Source of the DNA: Azolla caroliniana
Lineage: Eukaryota; Plantae; Polypodiophyta
Direction of reading: 5' to 3'
Length of the DNA stretch: 64,000 bases
Assembly: GCA_043228905.1 (NCBI GenBank)
Contig: JBHGNT010000014.1
Location: 11,408,001 to 11,472,000, forward strand
A program made the translations under genes and the position numbers. Of this stretch, positions 36,486 to 50,900 are shown piece after piece. Below the pieces are notes generated by a model, which saw only the letters and a list, made by a program, of their open reading frames with translations, made no database searches and was not told where the DNA came from. Positions within the stretch are counted from its first letter, which is position 1. Each line of letters opens with the position of its first letter.

Positions 36486-38960
36486 CACCAATGAATGAAT
36501 GAATGTGGCAGCCTAAGAGCAATTGAAAAAGGTAAAAATCCATGAAGAAGCTGTTAAGAATATTTGGAGGTGTCCATGTATAGTTTAAATCAATATAAAC
36601 CATTGTTGGGAAAAAAATAAAAAATAAAAATCGGTTACCATGTGCATCAAGATCTAATCAAGCAACCAAAATAAAATGGGGTGAACTAGGTTTTGCCCCA
36701 AATGATAACGATTTCTTCCAAAAATAGATCGTGTAATGGAAACTCAAAGTTAGTCACTGACACCCATGTCTCTGAACAAGCACCATCGTAGCACTATCAT
36801 GCGCCTCACTAAATTTGAAAGAACACATTCGTCAATTCTTTTAGGACATGCTTCTAAACAAGCACAATCTGAATGCCCTCGTGCATATCTCCAAATCTAA
36901 AATACACCTTCCCCACTCGTTTAGGTGTACAAACATGATTCATAAATTCCAAATAATATCAAAATATATTGAATACCAACGCAATTGTGTAATTTCCAAT
37001 AAATTGGATTTCTACCAAGGAAGCAATTGGCCAATGTTTAGCCACAAACAGAAAGCCCATGCCTATGATTTCAACTAGACAATGTTTTCAACATTGTGCA
37101 TCAAGTCATCAAGATCTAATTTAACAGCAACTTAGGCAATACATGAGTATCATAAGATAAATACATGAGATGTCAAGAATTACTATTTTTTAACAAACTT
37201 TCAAGAATGTATAACGCATGTGCACAAGACTTTTAAAAACATCATTGAAAAATAGAGTTAATATTATCAAGATTTCAAATTTAACCTATATTTTCTCAAT
37301 TAATACACAAATTTATCCTAATATTAGGTTAGATTACGAGAATGCTTCCAACTGTAATTGTAATATGCTTCACTTTACATAATGTTGAATTTGAATCCAA
37401 CATAACAATTTTAGAAATACAATTTTGTTGTTATATTAAATTAGCAAATAACATTTTTGGATATAATTAGAAACATATTCACATGCCCAAAAACTACTAC
37501 GAACATTATATCCCAATCATACATGAACAACCTAAATGTATTGTTAAGAGATCAAGCTCAACTTAGTTTAGTTAGTTAGTCAACATATGTAACTTAGTAG
37601 TTACCTAGATAGAATCTAGTTAGTGTGTTGCCCATAAAGCCTTAAATAGGATTTTGTACTTGAGTGGGATACATTGTAGATCCACCACTCCATGCTCATT
37701 TAATATAGGACTTACACGTTGTACCTATATTCTCCTAGCACATGTGCACCCTTGCACATGAAACCTATATATACCTCATTGAAGGTATTGGAGCTACATC
37801 AACGGTGCACTCGAGGACAAGCCTGACAACACAAACGCCAACTACCCAACATGGGAGCAAGGAGCGACTCGGGTAATGTATTGCTTGGAAACATGTGTCC
37901 ACGACCACATGCTTAGCCACATTCGAGACGCCAAGACACCTAAAGAGGCGTGGGAGAACTTAAAGAAAATGTTCGCTGCCAACACGACCGCCCGCAAACT
38001 TCAACTCTGGCAAGAGTTGAATAACATTCGGCAAAAAGACATGTCCGTGTCGAACTACACCGCCAAAATCAAGAGCATTTGCGACTTGCTTGGCTCCATC
38101 AACATAAACGTCGATGAAGACGAGATGGTTCAACTATGCTTGGGCGGCCTCGCACAACGATTTAATCCACTACGGACGGCAATCTTGGCGAGAGAAAACC
38201 CTCCTTCCTTCTTCGACCTCCAATCGATGTTATTGGTCGAAGAAAACCACATTCGAACAAAAAGCAAGGCATCGGAAGGAAAAATGTTCTTTTCGAATTC
38301 GGATGGTGGTCGAGGAAGAGGTCATGGCGGTAGAGGAGGAAGCCATCGAGGAACCTTTGAAAGAAGGGGGAGCTTCCAAACCGAACAAGGTCGGCAAACG
38401 AGGCCCGCAACTTGCAATTATTGCGGCAAAATCGGCCACTATGAGGCGGATTGTCGGAAGAAAAGAAGCGAGTCGGCGTCGACAAGCCGACAACTCACAA
38501 ACTATGCTAACAACTCCGAATACGAGGATTACGACGGACTATTCGTAAAGCAGCATAGAGCGAACTCTATGACGGCCTCCGACTCCGCAAGCATCTCCAA
38601 TCCGGAAGACGTGTGGTTCGTAGATTCCGGCACCTCACATCACATGAAATCCCACAAAGAGTGGTTTCGCGATTTACGAACACCAATTGGCCCGGCTTTA
38701 TAGAGACGGGAGACGACACCACGCATCCCATTCGGCACATCGGCAATGTCCCATTCGGGAAAGAAGGCGAGCAAACTTGCATCAAGAATGTTTTGCACGT
38801 GCCCACAATAACAAAGAATTTGGTCTTGGTCGGTCAAATCGTGGAGCAAGGCATGCAAGTCCGCTTCACCAAAGAAGGATGCTTCATCGAGAAAGATGGT
38901 CGAGTCGTAGCTAAGGGGCGGAGAGAAGGCCGAATGTTCATCCTCGATTCGAACGAGGTG

Positions 38961-39813
38961 TGACGGGAACTCAACGCTCCTTATGCGCGACGCTCGGCCA
39001 CAATCGAGCTTAGAATGATACACAGAAAACGGGAAATAAAACGCGACACAAAGAAGAGACGAGTACGCAGGATGTTTAACGTGGAAAACCCCAAACTAGG
39101 GGAAAAACCACGGCAGCCCATAGGCTGGAAACTATCACTATGTAAGAATATACAACAGTGAGTTCACTGAGGCAACGACCTCGTGCTCACAGATCTTCGC
39201 CACAGGCGGCGGTTACAACAAAGGCGACGACCTCTTTCTCTCTCTCTCTCTCTCTCTGTACACTGTTACGCACTCACTCTATTCTTGCACCAACAAGAAT
39301 GACAACAACCAACAACAGTAACAACAGTTTGCCCTAAGTCATATTTATACTAATATGACTTTTCGGCTATTTACAAATATAGCCCTGATGGACTCTCAGA
39401 AACATATTTACGAATATGTCTCCTCATCCGGTCTTGACCGGGTCTGTATCATCCGGCTCTCCGTAGCCAGGTACTCCTCATCCGGTTCATACCGGGTCTG
39501 TATCATCCGGCTCTCCGTAGCCAAGTACTCCTCATCCGGTTCATACCGGGTCTGTACCATCCGGCTCTCCGTAGCCGGGGACTCCTCATCCGGTCTTCAC
39601 CGGGCCTGTATCATCCGGCTTTCCGTAGCTAGGTACTCCTCATCCGGTTCATACCGGGTCTGCACCATCTGGCTCTCCGTAGCCGGGTACTCCTCATCCG
39701 GTTCATACCGGGTCTGCACCATCCGGCTCTCCGTAACCGGGTCCTCCTCATACGGTTCTGTTCTTCGGCACTGTTCTTCTCCCTTCCCATCCGGAGGGAC
39801 CTGTCTCCCAACA
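38961..39813 (-). mobile_element. Copia solo LTR (related to element G) inserted in J
   Basis: TG..CA ends, TSD AGGTG (38956-38960 and 39814-39818), similar to the LTRs of G. Confidence 0.93.
39420..39752 (+). repeat. 54-bp tandem repeat (about 6 copies) in LTR U3, rich in CATCCGG/CCGG
   Basis: TCCTCA recurs at 39421, 39475, 39529, 39583, 39637, 39691 and 39745. Confidence 0.9.
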
Positions 39814-40611
39814 AGGTGAAATCAGCAATGTACGCTAAAGGTCTAAAAAATGAGATGAACATCGAGTTGTGGCACAAAAGAATCGGCCACATCAACCTCC
39901 AACAGCTCCGAGCTATGCAAACAAAGGGAGTTGTCATCGGACTTCCGACATTCGAGTCGAAAAGAGTTGACCAAGTATGCGAAGCATGTCAACTCGGCAA
40001 ACAACATCAACTCCCATTCCCGAAGGAGACCCATGCGAGCAAAGGCGTCCTCGACGTCGTACACTCGGATGTATGGGGACCGGCTCAAACACTGACGATC
40101 AGCGGATGCCGATACTACGTAACCTTCATCGACGACTACTTGTGCTACGCATGGATCTACCCGATGAAGAAGAAAAGTGAAGTGCTCTCCCACTTCCAAA
40201 AGCTCAAGCGTCAAGTAGAAAAAGAAACCGGTCGGCACATTCGATCGATGCCTACGATCGGATGGAGGAAAGGAGTACTTCTCCGACGAATTCACCTGCT
40301 ACCTCCAAAGTGAAGGCATTTGTAGAGAATTCTCGTGCCGAGACACACCCCAACAAAATGGAGTCGCCGAAAGGAAGAATCGGCAAATACTTGAGGTAGC
40401 ACATGCCATGATGCATGAGAAGCACATGCCTAATTTCCATTGGGCCGAAGCGGCATCCACGGCCCTCTATCTCATGAATCGATGCACCACCAATGGAGTC
40501 CATGAGCTAACTCCCTATGAGCTCCTCGTCGGAAGGAAGCCGATCCTGTCGCATCTCAAAGTGTTCGGAAGCATTGCAAATGTATGCATCCCGAACAAAC
40601 AACGACAGAAG

Positions 40612-43600
40612 TGACAGGAACTAGACGCTCCGATGAACACCGCTCGGCCACAACCGAGCTTAGAATCAAACACAGAAAAACGGGGAATGAATACACACGA
40701 CACAAAAGGAGAGAAGAGTACACAGGATGTTTAACGTGGAAAACCCTGAGAGGGAAAAACCACGGGAGTCCACAGACTCCAAACTATCGCTATATCACAA
40801 TGCTTACAACAGTGAGCTCACGGAGGCAACGACCTCGCACTCATGATCTTCGCCACAGGTGGCGGTTACAACAGAGGCAACGACCTCTTTCTCTCTCACT
40901 CTCTCTCTCTCTCTCTTTGTACACAGTTACGCGCTCAAATCTTGCATAAACAAGAATGGCAACAACAACAATAACAACAACATAAGGAAAGAGTTTGCCC
41001 TAAGTCATATTTATACTAATATGACTTTTCGGCTATTTACAAATATAGCCCCGACGGACTCTCAGAAAACATATTTACGAATATGTCCCTTCATCCGGTG
41101 AGCACTCCTCACCGGGCCTGCATCATCCGGCCCTTGCCGGGCACTGGTCATTCGGTTCTCACCGGGTCTTCCGTAGTCGGGTACTCTTCATCCGGTTCTC
41201 ACTGGGTCTTCACCATCCGGCTCTTGCCGAGTACTACTCATCCGGTTCTCACCGATTCTTCACCATCCGGCTCTTATCGAGAACTACTCATCCGGTTCTC
41301 ACCGGGTCTTCCGTTGCCGGGTACTCTTCATCCGGTTCTCACCGGGTCTTCACCATCCGACTCTTGCCAGGTACTCTTCATCCGGTTTGCTCATCAGTAC
41401 TGTTCTTCTCACTTCCCATCCGGAGGGACCTGTTTCTTAACAAACTCCCCCTTCACTCCGGCATGGGATATCTTACTAGTCTGATCCGCTTCCGGCATGC
41501 ATCCAACTTGTCGGGTATCAGTACTTTGGTCAGCATATCTGACCCGTTCTCGGCCGTGTGGATCTTCGTCAGTGCAAACTCCTGGTCATCTACTCTTTCC
41601 CGGATCCAGTGATACCTTCACTGGATATGCTTTGTCCGGGAATGGTAGGCCGCATTGTTAGCAAGGTGGATGGCACTTTGACTGTCGCAATAGAGCCGGT
41701 ATTCATCTTGCCGGATACCGAGCTCTTTGATGAAGTCCTTCATCCATAATATTTCCTTGCCGGCTTCCACAGCCGCCATGTACTCCGCCTCCGTGGTTGA
41801 CAGCGCAACCGTCTTCTGCAGCCTCGACTACCACGAAACAGCTCCCCCTGCATATGTCATTACATACCCGGATGTAAACCGGCTAGTATCCACATCAGCC
41901 GACATGTCTGAATCGGTAAAACCGTCAAGTTGAAGTTTACCGAAGCCAAATCAAAGACACATATTTGGAGTGCCTTTCAAGTAACGGAGTATCCATTTGA
42001 CCGCGTTCCAGTGCTCCTTGTCAGGATTGCTCATAAACCGGCTCACCACTCCGACTGCGTATCCTATATCCGGTCGAGTACACACCATTGCGTACATTAA
42101 GCTCCCGACGGCAGAGGCATATGGAACCTTCATCATATCCGCCTTCTCTGCTTTCGTCCTTGGGCTTTACTTACCGGATAACCTGCAGTTTGCCAGAAGT
42201 GTCGATCCGATCGGTTTCGCTTCTAGCATGTTGAACCGGTGAAGCACCTTTGTCACGTATTTCTCCTGTGACAACCACAATTGCTTCTTTGCCCGGTCCC
42301 GGATGATATGCATCCCCAGCATCTGTCTTGCCGGACCCAAGTATTTCATTGAGAAGGTCCGGTTGAGAGCCTTCTTCAGCATCCGTATTTTGGCTTGGTC
42401 CCGTCCGACGATCAACATGTCGTCCACGTATAGAAGGAGTATCAAGAAGTCGCCTCCTTCGAACTTCTTCACAAACACGCAGTGGTCGGCCTGCGTCTTG
42501 TGGTACCCTTGATCGGTCATGAATGAGTCGAACTTCCGGTACCATTGTCGGGGAGCCTGCTTCAGTCCGTACAGGCTCTTCTTCAACCGGCAAACCAGGT
42601 GCTCCTTCCCTTTCTCCACGAATCCTTCCGGTTGCTGCATGTAGATCTCCTCTTCGAGGTCACCGTGAAGAAATGTCGTCTTCACGTCCAGCTGCTCTAA
42701 CTCGAGGTCCATGCTTGCCGCTATACTCAACACCGTCCGGATGGAGGTCATCTTTACTACCAGGGCAAATATCTCGTCGAAGTCTACGCGCTTCTTCTGC
42801 TGGAACCCCTTGAACACGATCTTGGCTTTGTATCTTGGGGGTTTGCCGGCATCTCCCGGTTTCAACTTGTACACCCACTTATTTCGGAGTTCCTGCTTTC
42901 CTTTCGGCAACTCCACCAATTCATATGTATGGTTCTCATGCAGGGAATCCATCTCATCCTGCATGGCACTTAACCATTTTCGGCTGTGGGTGTCATCCTT
43001 CGCTTCTTCGAAGCTTTCTGGTTCCCCCTCATCGGTTAGCAGCACATGCTCTGCATCCGGAAATCTCCGGGGGGCCCTTCTCTCTCTGAGAGGATATCTC
43101 CGTCTCTGGGCTTCGGTAACCAGCTCCTCCATTTGCCCTTCATCCGAATCCGATTCGGGGTCTTGGTCGGTTCCGGTTTCAGCTTCCTCTACTTCTTCTT
43201 CTGCCAGTTCGGTATCCTCACCGTAATCGGCTGGTTCCTCGAGTGCTAACCGGCCTCTTGCCGGTTGGGTCAGCTCATCGTAGAATCGATCCTTACCGAT
43301 CGACTCGGAGTTCATTATCTTCTTCTCCGACTCCCAGTCGGCGAGCGTCTTGTCCTCCATGAAGATAATATCTCGACTCCGGAATACCTTCTTGTCGACC
43401 AGGTCCCACACTCGGTAGCCGAACTCATCGTCGCCGTAACCGAGGAATATGCATGGTCGGGTCTTTGGATCCAACTTTCCTCTCCGATCCTTAGCTACAT
43501 GCACGTACGCGAGACACCCAAATACCTTCAGATGCCAATAGGACACTTCCTTATCGGTCCAGGCTCTCTGTGGCGTGTCTCCGTCCAAGGGTACTGAGGG

Positions 43601-46264
43601 TGATTTGTTTATCACATGTCGCCGTCGACAGTGCCTCAACCCAAAACTTCTTGGGTAGTTATGCATGCGCCAGCATACTCCGGACCCTCTCCATTATGGT
43701 CCGGTTCATCCTCTTGGCCAGCCCATTTAGTTCCGGCGTCTTTGGCACAGTAAATTTGAGCCGGATTCCCTTCGAGCGATAATACTCCTTGAACTGCCCT
43801 CGGTATTCGCCTCCGTTGTCTGCTCGAACCGCCTTCAGCTTCCGACCGGTTTCTCTTTCCACTCTCGCGTGGAGATCTTTGAAGACGGATAGCACCTGAT
43901 CCTTCGTCTTCAACGGTGTGGCCCACAGCTTCCGGCTGTGGTCATCTATGAACGTCATGAAGTACTGCGATCCTGCATGTGACTTCGTGTCCACTTGACA
44001 CGCATCAGTATGCACCAACTCCAGTGGTGCATTACGTCTCATCGGTGGCCTTGGTCGGAAGGAGGTCCGGTTTTGCTTACCGGCTAGACAATCAGTGCAC
44101 TTCTCCAAGTGCACGTTCTTCACTGGAATGAGTTTGTCGTCTGCAAGCCTCTTCATCCCCTTCTCACTCATGTGACACAGCCTTTTGTGCCACAGCTCAC
44201 CGGTAGTGTCGGATGCCACGTTCACTTCCTCCGGACATAACCAGGCATTCATCAGGTACAATCAGGCTCCCTTTGCTGAACTTCATAACACCGTGTAGCC
44301 TTCATCATCTAGCCGACCGGCTAATATCAGGTTCAGACGAACCTTCGGAACGTGTCGGACATCCTTCAGCAGCAGCTTGCATCCGGTTGGTGTTGTTAGC
44401 CACACGTCTCCTATGCCGACAATTCGGCATGTACCTTCATTCCCCATCCGGACACTGCCGTGATCACCGACTGAGTAGGATGAGAAGCATTTCCAGTCCG
44501 GGGTAAGGTGGAACGACGCTCCGGAGTCGACCACCCAGGTCATCTCGTCGCCGGCAAGGTTTATCTCACTCTCCTCGGTGATGAGCATCAACTCTTCTTC
44601 ACTTGTTGCGATAGCTGTTGTCCCCTTCCGGTCCGTTCCCCTCCGGTCTTTACCGTTCCGGTCCGGTGTCCGCTTCGAATCGGTACCGTCGGTTTCCTTG
44701 TCTTTTCGGAAATGCCGACAGTTCTTTTGGAAGTGTCCCGGCTTGCCGCAATAGAAGCAAGTAGGCCTCTCCCTTGACTTTGACCGTGTCCCCGACTTTT
44801 CTCGATTCTAGGTTTCTTTGTCTTCCGCGTTCCGATTCGGTAATGAGCGCTTTGGAGTCAGAGCTCGTATCCTTATCTTTTCGACGCGCCTCCTCATCTA
44901 GCAAGCTCGACTTCACTCTTGCTAGGGATAACCATTTCCCTTCCGGCCCGGCATTGCCCAAGGTGACAACCAATGTCTCCTAGCTATCTGGGAGGGAACC
45001 GAGTAGGAGTAGTGCTAGTACCTCATCGGCAAGAGGTACTTCCAATGATGTTGCCTGGTGGATCAGCCCCTGGAAGGCATTCATGTGCTCCGCCATGCTG
45101 GAGCCATCTTGGTATCGGAGTCTTACTAGCTTTTGAAATACCGAAACCTGATTAACAACATTTTTGTTTTGAAACATAATGCCGACCTTCTCCCACAGCT
45201 CATGAGCCTTGCTCTCTTCATTGAAGTTGTTATATAGACTCATGTCGATGAAGCACCGTATGTACGTCGTTGTCTTAATGTGCATCACCTCCCATATCGT
45301 GGCATCGATTGTGTCCGGTCTCTTGTCCCCGAACTAAACCAGCAACCAAAGGTCTTTAACCACGAGCATGTCCCTCATCTTCGACTTCCACACCGAATAG
45401 TTGGAGCCGGTGAGCTTGAACATGCCTCCTCACGAATCGTCCATTTTTCTGTGTTGCTGCCTCGCTCTGATACCACTTTGACAAGAACTAGACGCTCCAA
45501 TGAACACCGCTCGGCCACAACCAAGCTTAGAATCAAACACAGAAAAACGGGGAATGAATACACACGACACAAAAGGAGAGAAAAGTACATAGGATGTTTA
45601 ACGTGGAAAACCCTGAGAGGGAAAAACCACAGGAGTCCACAGACTCCAAACTATCGCTATATCACAATGCTTACAACAGTGAGCTCACGGAGGCAACGAC
45701 CTCGCGCTCACGATCTTCGCCACAGGCGGTGGTTACAACAGAGGCAACGACCTCTTTCTCTCTCACTCTCTCTCTCTTTCTCTGTACACAGTTACGCGCT
45801 CAAATCTTGCATAAACAAGAATGGCAACAACAACAACATCAACATAAGGAAAGAGTTTGCCCTAAGTCATATTTATACTAATATGACTTTTCGGCTATTT
45901 ACAAATATAGCCCCGACAGACTCTCAAAAAACATATTTACGAATATGTCCCTTCATCTGGTGAGCACTCCTCACCGGGCCTGCATCATCCGGCTCTTGCC
46001 GGGCACTGGTCATCCTGTTCTCACCGGGTCTTCACCATCCGGCTCTTGCCGGGTACTACTCATCCGGTTCTCACTAGGTCTTCACCATCCGGCTCTTGCC
46101 GGGTACTACTCATCCGGTTCTTACCGGTTCTTCACCATCCGGCTCTTGCCGGGTACTACTTATCCGGTTCTCACCGGGTCTTCCGTTGTCGGGTACTCTT
46201 CATCCGGTTTGCTCATCAGTACTGTTCTTCTCACTTCCCATCCGGAGGGACCTGTTTCCTAACA
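40612..46264 (-). mobile_element. Element G: full-length Tnt1-like Copia element nested in J (LTRs 45479-46264 and 40612-41442, PBS 45464-45475)
   Basis: Matching LTRs, iMet PBS, PPT complement at 41443-41459, and TSD AGAAG (40607-40611 and 46265-46269). Confidence 0.96.
41476..45444 (-). pseudogene. Copia gag-pol of element G with several stops and frameshifts
   Basis: WVVDSGASFH (PR), LWHKRLCH..FIDDHSRK..RADNGGEY (IN), QLDVKTTFLHG..LYVDDML (RT), VALSTTEAEY (RNase H). Confidence 0.95.
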
Positions 46265-47445
46265 AGAAGCCCGATGCGAAGTTGGAGAAATGTATCCTCA
46301 TAGGATACGCGTTCGAGAAGAAGGCGTACAAGTGCTACAACCCATCGACGCGAGAATTTCGCGTAAGTCGAGATGTAGTCTTCGATGAGTACGCATCCTG
46401 GTACGCACTAGACACCTCTTTTGAAAACACTAGATTTAGTGTAGAAGGGAAATAGATGCATGATGAGAGTATAAATAAAGGTCTCTTCATGACTACCTCG
46501 ATGCGGATTACGCCAAACAAGAGGTAGAAGTTGAAGATCAACTCGAACATATGAACAAAGAAATTCCGATTACGGCAAAGCCTTGTGGGCCACAAGAATC
46601 TTCACGCAACCCATGCACGTCGCGGCCAAGTCCGAAATTGGACAAGGGCAAGGGCAAGATGCCCGAATACGAAGTCGATCACCCTGACGACAATGATTCG
46701 GATGGATCGGATCCCTCACTAGATAGTGAGTTCGGTATACCCATCATGCGGACACCCGGAGTAAAGAAGGTGCTTACATCGGGGAGCGAAAAACTTCGAC
46801 ACTCATCTAGAGCTAAGAACCCCTTCACGCAGCTCGGCTACAACGAGTATATGGCCCATCCCTATGCCTTCATGATGAAGGTAGCGGCCGAACAAGAGCC
46901 CATGAGCTCCACCGAAGCGGCTTGTAACCCACGATGGGTGGAAGTAGTCGACCTTCACCCACATGCTACAAGCCTTTGTCACCGGCTTGAGGGGGAGGAC
47001 TCAAGATTGCCACGGCGAACAAAGCCGAAGTTCGAACGGAAGCCACACAGAAGCCGACATCGAAAGTCGGACAACGCCGAAAACAACGCCAGATGTCGGA
47101 TGCCTCAGACTTGAGCTTGAGGGGGCGTGTTGAGAGATCAAGCTCAACTTAGTTTAGTTAGTTAGTCAACATATGTAACTTAGTAGTTACCTAGATAGAA
47201 TCTAGTTAGTGTGTTGACCATAAAGCCTTAAATAGGATTTTGTACTCGAGTGGGATACATTGTAGATCCACCACTCCATGCTCATTTAATATAGGACTTA
47301 CATGTTGTACCTATATTCTCCTAGCACATGTGCACCCTTGCACATGAAACCTATATATACCTCATTGAAGGTATTTTTGTATTTGATGATGTTGAAGCTA
47401 ATTTAATATAATTACTCATCCCCCATCTTGTGTTGTTCATAAGTA

Positions 47446-47519
<74 letters not shown>

Positions 47520-47951
47520 CACATAATCTTCCGCTTAACTTAATCACATAATTAGGTAATAATTATTCCTTAATTAATTACCTAATCCTTAACATGTATT
47601 ATCAATTGAGCAACAAGGTTTACTTAATATTATTGTGTTCACTCCAAATAAAATAACTAAGATTAAAGACAACATAAATCCTAGAATAAAGCTAAATTCA
47701 ATTATATTGATCAACAAACAATTATAACCAACATTTGTCATACAATCGATAAATTTATCATCATCTATTCAATGAAAATTATACTTAACCACATACTTTG
47801 TGAGTCAACCTTTACAAATATATGATAGACACTTCAAGTTTGCACACCAATCGGATAGTGTAAAGAAATGGTACTCAAACAAAAAAATCTTATATTCCAA
47901 AACAAGTTTAGTGTTACAAGTTTTTAGTTACAAATACAAAGTAGTATACAA

Positions 47952-50900
47952 TCACTCCATTAGGAGGTTTGGAACAAGCTGCTCTCCAAGATCAGCTAAC
48001 AATTGTTCTGTCTCCTCAACTGAATCTTGTATCTGATCAGACCCTGGTGCATCTTCAAGGTCGACAAGGTCCCCTCCTTCCTTGTCTATAGGTTCCATCG
48101 GCTCTCTAGAGGTCAGTTGAAACATCTCAGTTTCGTTGATATGCTCTGCCCCAACCTCTTGGTCCTAGTCAGGACAATCCCAGGTGCCTTGGATCCTCAT
48201 CTTTATAAAATTGACTTGATCGGGGTCCTTCTCTAATGCAACACAGTTCCTAAACAATTTAAGAGTGCACACAGTCGTTGTTCCTAAATAAACAATCACA
48301 CATGTAAAAGTAAGAAAACAAAGATAGGAAATAATATTTTATTTTAAGAAAAATTGATCAGACTTATGAGATTACCTGTTCCAGAAAATAAGTCGAGCAC
48401 CCAATCATCAGGGTTCGAGAACAACTCAACCAATCGATTAGTCAATCGTTGGGGCTTTTGATATGGGTTTACAAGACTCTTGCCACCAAACACGTGGCGC
48501 AATTTCTTCATTACAGTTGGGCACATGATATAGTTGACAACGTTCCACTCATTAACATGTGCCCGAGCCTTCTTCTTAGAAATAACATCATAATAGCCCG
48601 CGCAAAAATGCTCCACAACGCTCACCATTCGATCACCTGGGGTACGAGTTATGTTCGTTTTAACCCTATTTTATAATTGAATCGAAACAAGTTAATATAT
48701 ATGTAGTAAGCACCATAGAATCTATACATTGAATATATAGTAACATAAAGCTTACCAATGTATGTGTTCGGTGGCATGGCATCTCGACTTCAATGCAGTA
48801 GTGTCCAATAAAGCCTGAACCATACTAAGAAATATAACGATTTGCCATAATGGAACCAGGGTCAGCTTTGCAAAGTCTTTAACCATCTTCTCTATTTGCG
48901 GATATTTGTATGGTATATTGTTGTATGTAGAGCCTGATATTCAAAATCCATACTGTATATCCGCCACAAGCAATGTATAATGTCACTTGGGTAATATGTC
49001 AAGCATATGACCCACATCACCATTATATACACTATAGTACAGTTGTCGGAAAGAGTCAACCTTGGGCATAAAGCTTTTCACAGTATCCGAGTCCTTAGGC
49101 ACCTCGAGCTCCTTTCCTTTTGTCATTCGTTTCTCATATTTAGCTCGTTCCAAATGGGTGATGAAGGCGCTTGGTATGCCTTCATTGCTGTCACCCATTT
49201 TCTTTGAAGGAGGTGGTTTTTGTATTTATAAATTTTGTAAGAAGAAACCCATTATCCTAAAATCAATTAATATTTGTAAAACATACATACACATTCTCTA
49301 AACACGATGAAGAATTCTTCAAGAGCCTTGTACGATGATGTTTTTGGGCACGATTGCTCCACTTCTTCCCACGTAGGCAGGGACAACTTTTTCATCATCA
49401 GCCCTTGTATCTTCATATAAACCTTATGGCTAAAAATTAAAAGAAAGTAAGGTTAGAATGAAGAGCAAATCAACAAATCAATACAATGAAAATAAGTCAT
49501 CACATAGAATACTCACTTTTGAAACTCTGTGACCATTTCATCAAGGCTGAACTCCTTGGTGGCCACTCTTGATAATACAGATATTAATAATCTGTCATCT
49601 TTGATTCTTTGCAATGACCGCCAAGGAAGCTACTCCATATCCTCGGCTAATTCTTCAACTACTAAGTCACTTTTACGTGACTTAGACTTTATCTCCACTT
49701 ATGGGTTGAGCTTAGCCTTCTTTGATCTTTGACCCTTTATTTCTTTTTGTTCCCACTTACTAAAAATTCAATCTTGGAGGTCCCACACCTCCCCTATTCT
49801 AAACGTAAGGTGAAACCACGAGTCATATTTCCTCAGGCCTTCAGACTTGGTGCTTTCGTCAACTGTTATCCCCACTTCAAGCAGACATTGTCGTTGCAAT
49901 CCAGGATGCAGCCTAGGACCAAATTTTTGCAACGCATCAAGGTACTCGTGATGGAAGAACCTGATGCGTTCGATACATGACATCTTTTGTCTGTAGTCAT
50001 TATCATTGTTATGATCCCAAGCTAACAATGTTAGGAAACAGGTCCCTCCGGATGGGAAGTGAGAAGAACAGTGTTGATGAGCAACTCAGACGAGGCTGAA
50101 TCCGGATGTGGAGTACCCGGTAAGAACCCGATCTGGAGTACCCGGCAACGGAAGACCCGGTGAGAACCGGATGACGAGTACCCGGCAAGGAAGACCCGGT
50201 GAGAACCAGATGTTGCAGGCCTGGTGAGAACCTCTCACCGGATGAAGGGACATATATGTAAATATGTTCTAGAGAGCCCACTGGGGCTATATTTTGTAAA
50301 TAGCCGAAAGTCATATTAGTATAAATATGACCTAGGGCAAACTCTGTGTTGAGGGGTTTTTGTGTGTAACGACTGAACAGAGAGAGAGACAGAGAGAGCG
50401 ATACAAAGCATGTCTCTGTTGTAACTGCTGCTAGGCGAAGATTGTTGAGCAAGAGGTCGTTGCCTCTGTGCTCCCTGTTGTATTACTTTATAGAGTGATA
50501 GTTTGGAGTCTGTGGACTCCCGTGGTTTTTCCCACTCAGGGTTTTCCAGGTTAATATCCTGTGTATTCTCTTTCTGTTTTGTGTACTTACCTCCATTCCC
50601 ATTTCGTCTGTGTTTTGATTGTCATCAAGTGATCTATGCTTCGGTTGTGCCGGAGATTAATCCACGTATTTCACGTCAAACAACTTGGCTTCTTCATGTG
50701 TAAAGCCAGCGTACACTTTACATTTGCATATTTGAAGAATGGGGTAAGAGGATACTCCTTCACAAGTTTACGTCGAGCTTTAGTAAAGTGGGATCCTCCA
50801 ATCACATAGTATGTGTAGTCGTCAGCCGAACTGTACTTAAAGTTAGCAACAGTTGGGCATTGATCAGGGTCCACCATTACTAAGAATGGCACTACAATGG

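Larger units (their letters stand above)
37542..47594 (+). mobile_element. Element J: deleted Copia element (truncated 5' LTR 37542-~37789, 3' LTR 47128-47594), with RT and RNase H missing
   Basis: TSD TGTAT (37537-37541 and 47595-47599). Gag with CNYCGKIGHYEADC, PR WFVDSG, IN HSDVWGP. The 5' LTR is fused directly to gag. Confidence 0.92.

Noticed and set aside
36600-37541. Possible decayed coding sequence or left terminus of the DNA transposon
   Set aside because: No convincing motif or terminal inverted repeat could be identified by eye.
39420-39752. Regular repeats as a CRISPR array
   Set aside because: The units are whole tandem copies with no unique spacers, lie inside an LTR, and no cas genes are present. 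The same applies to 28290-28960.
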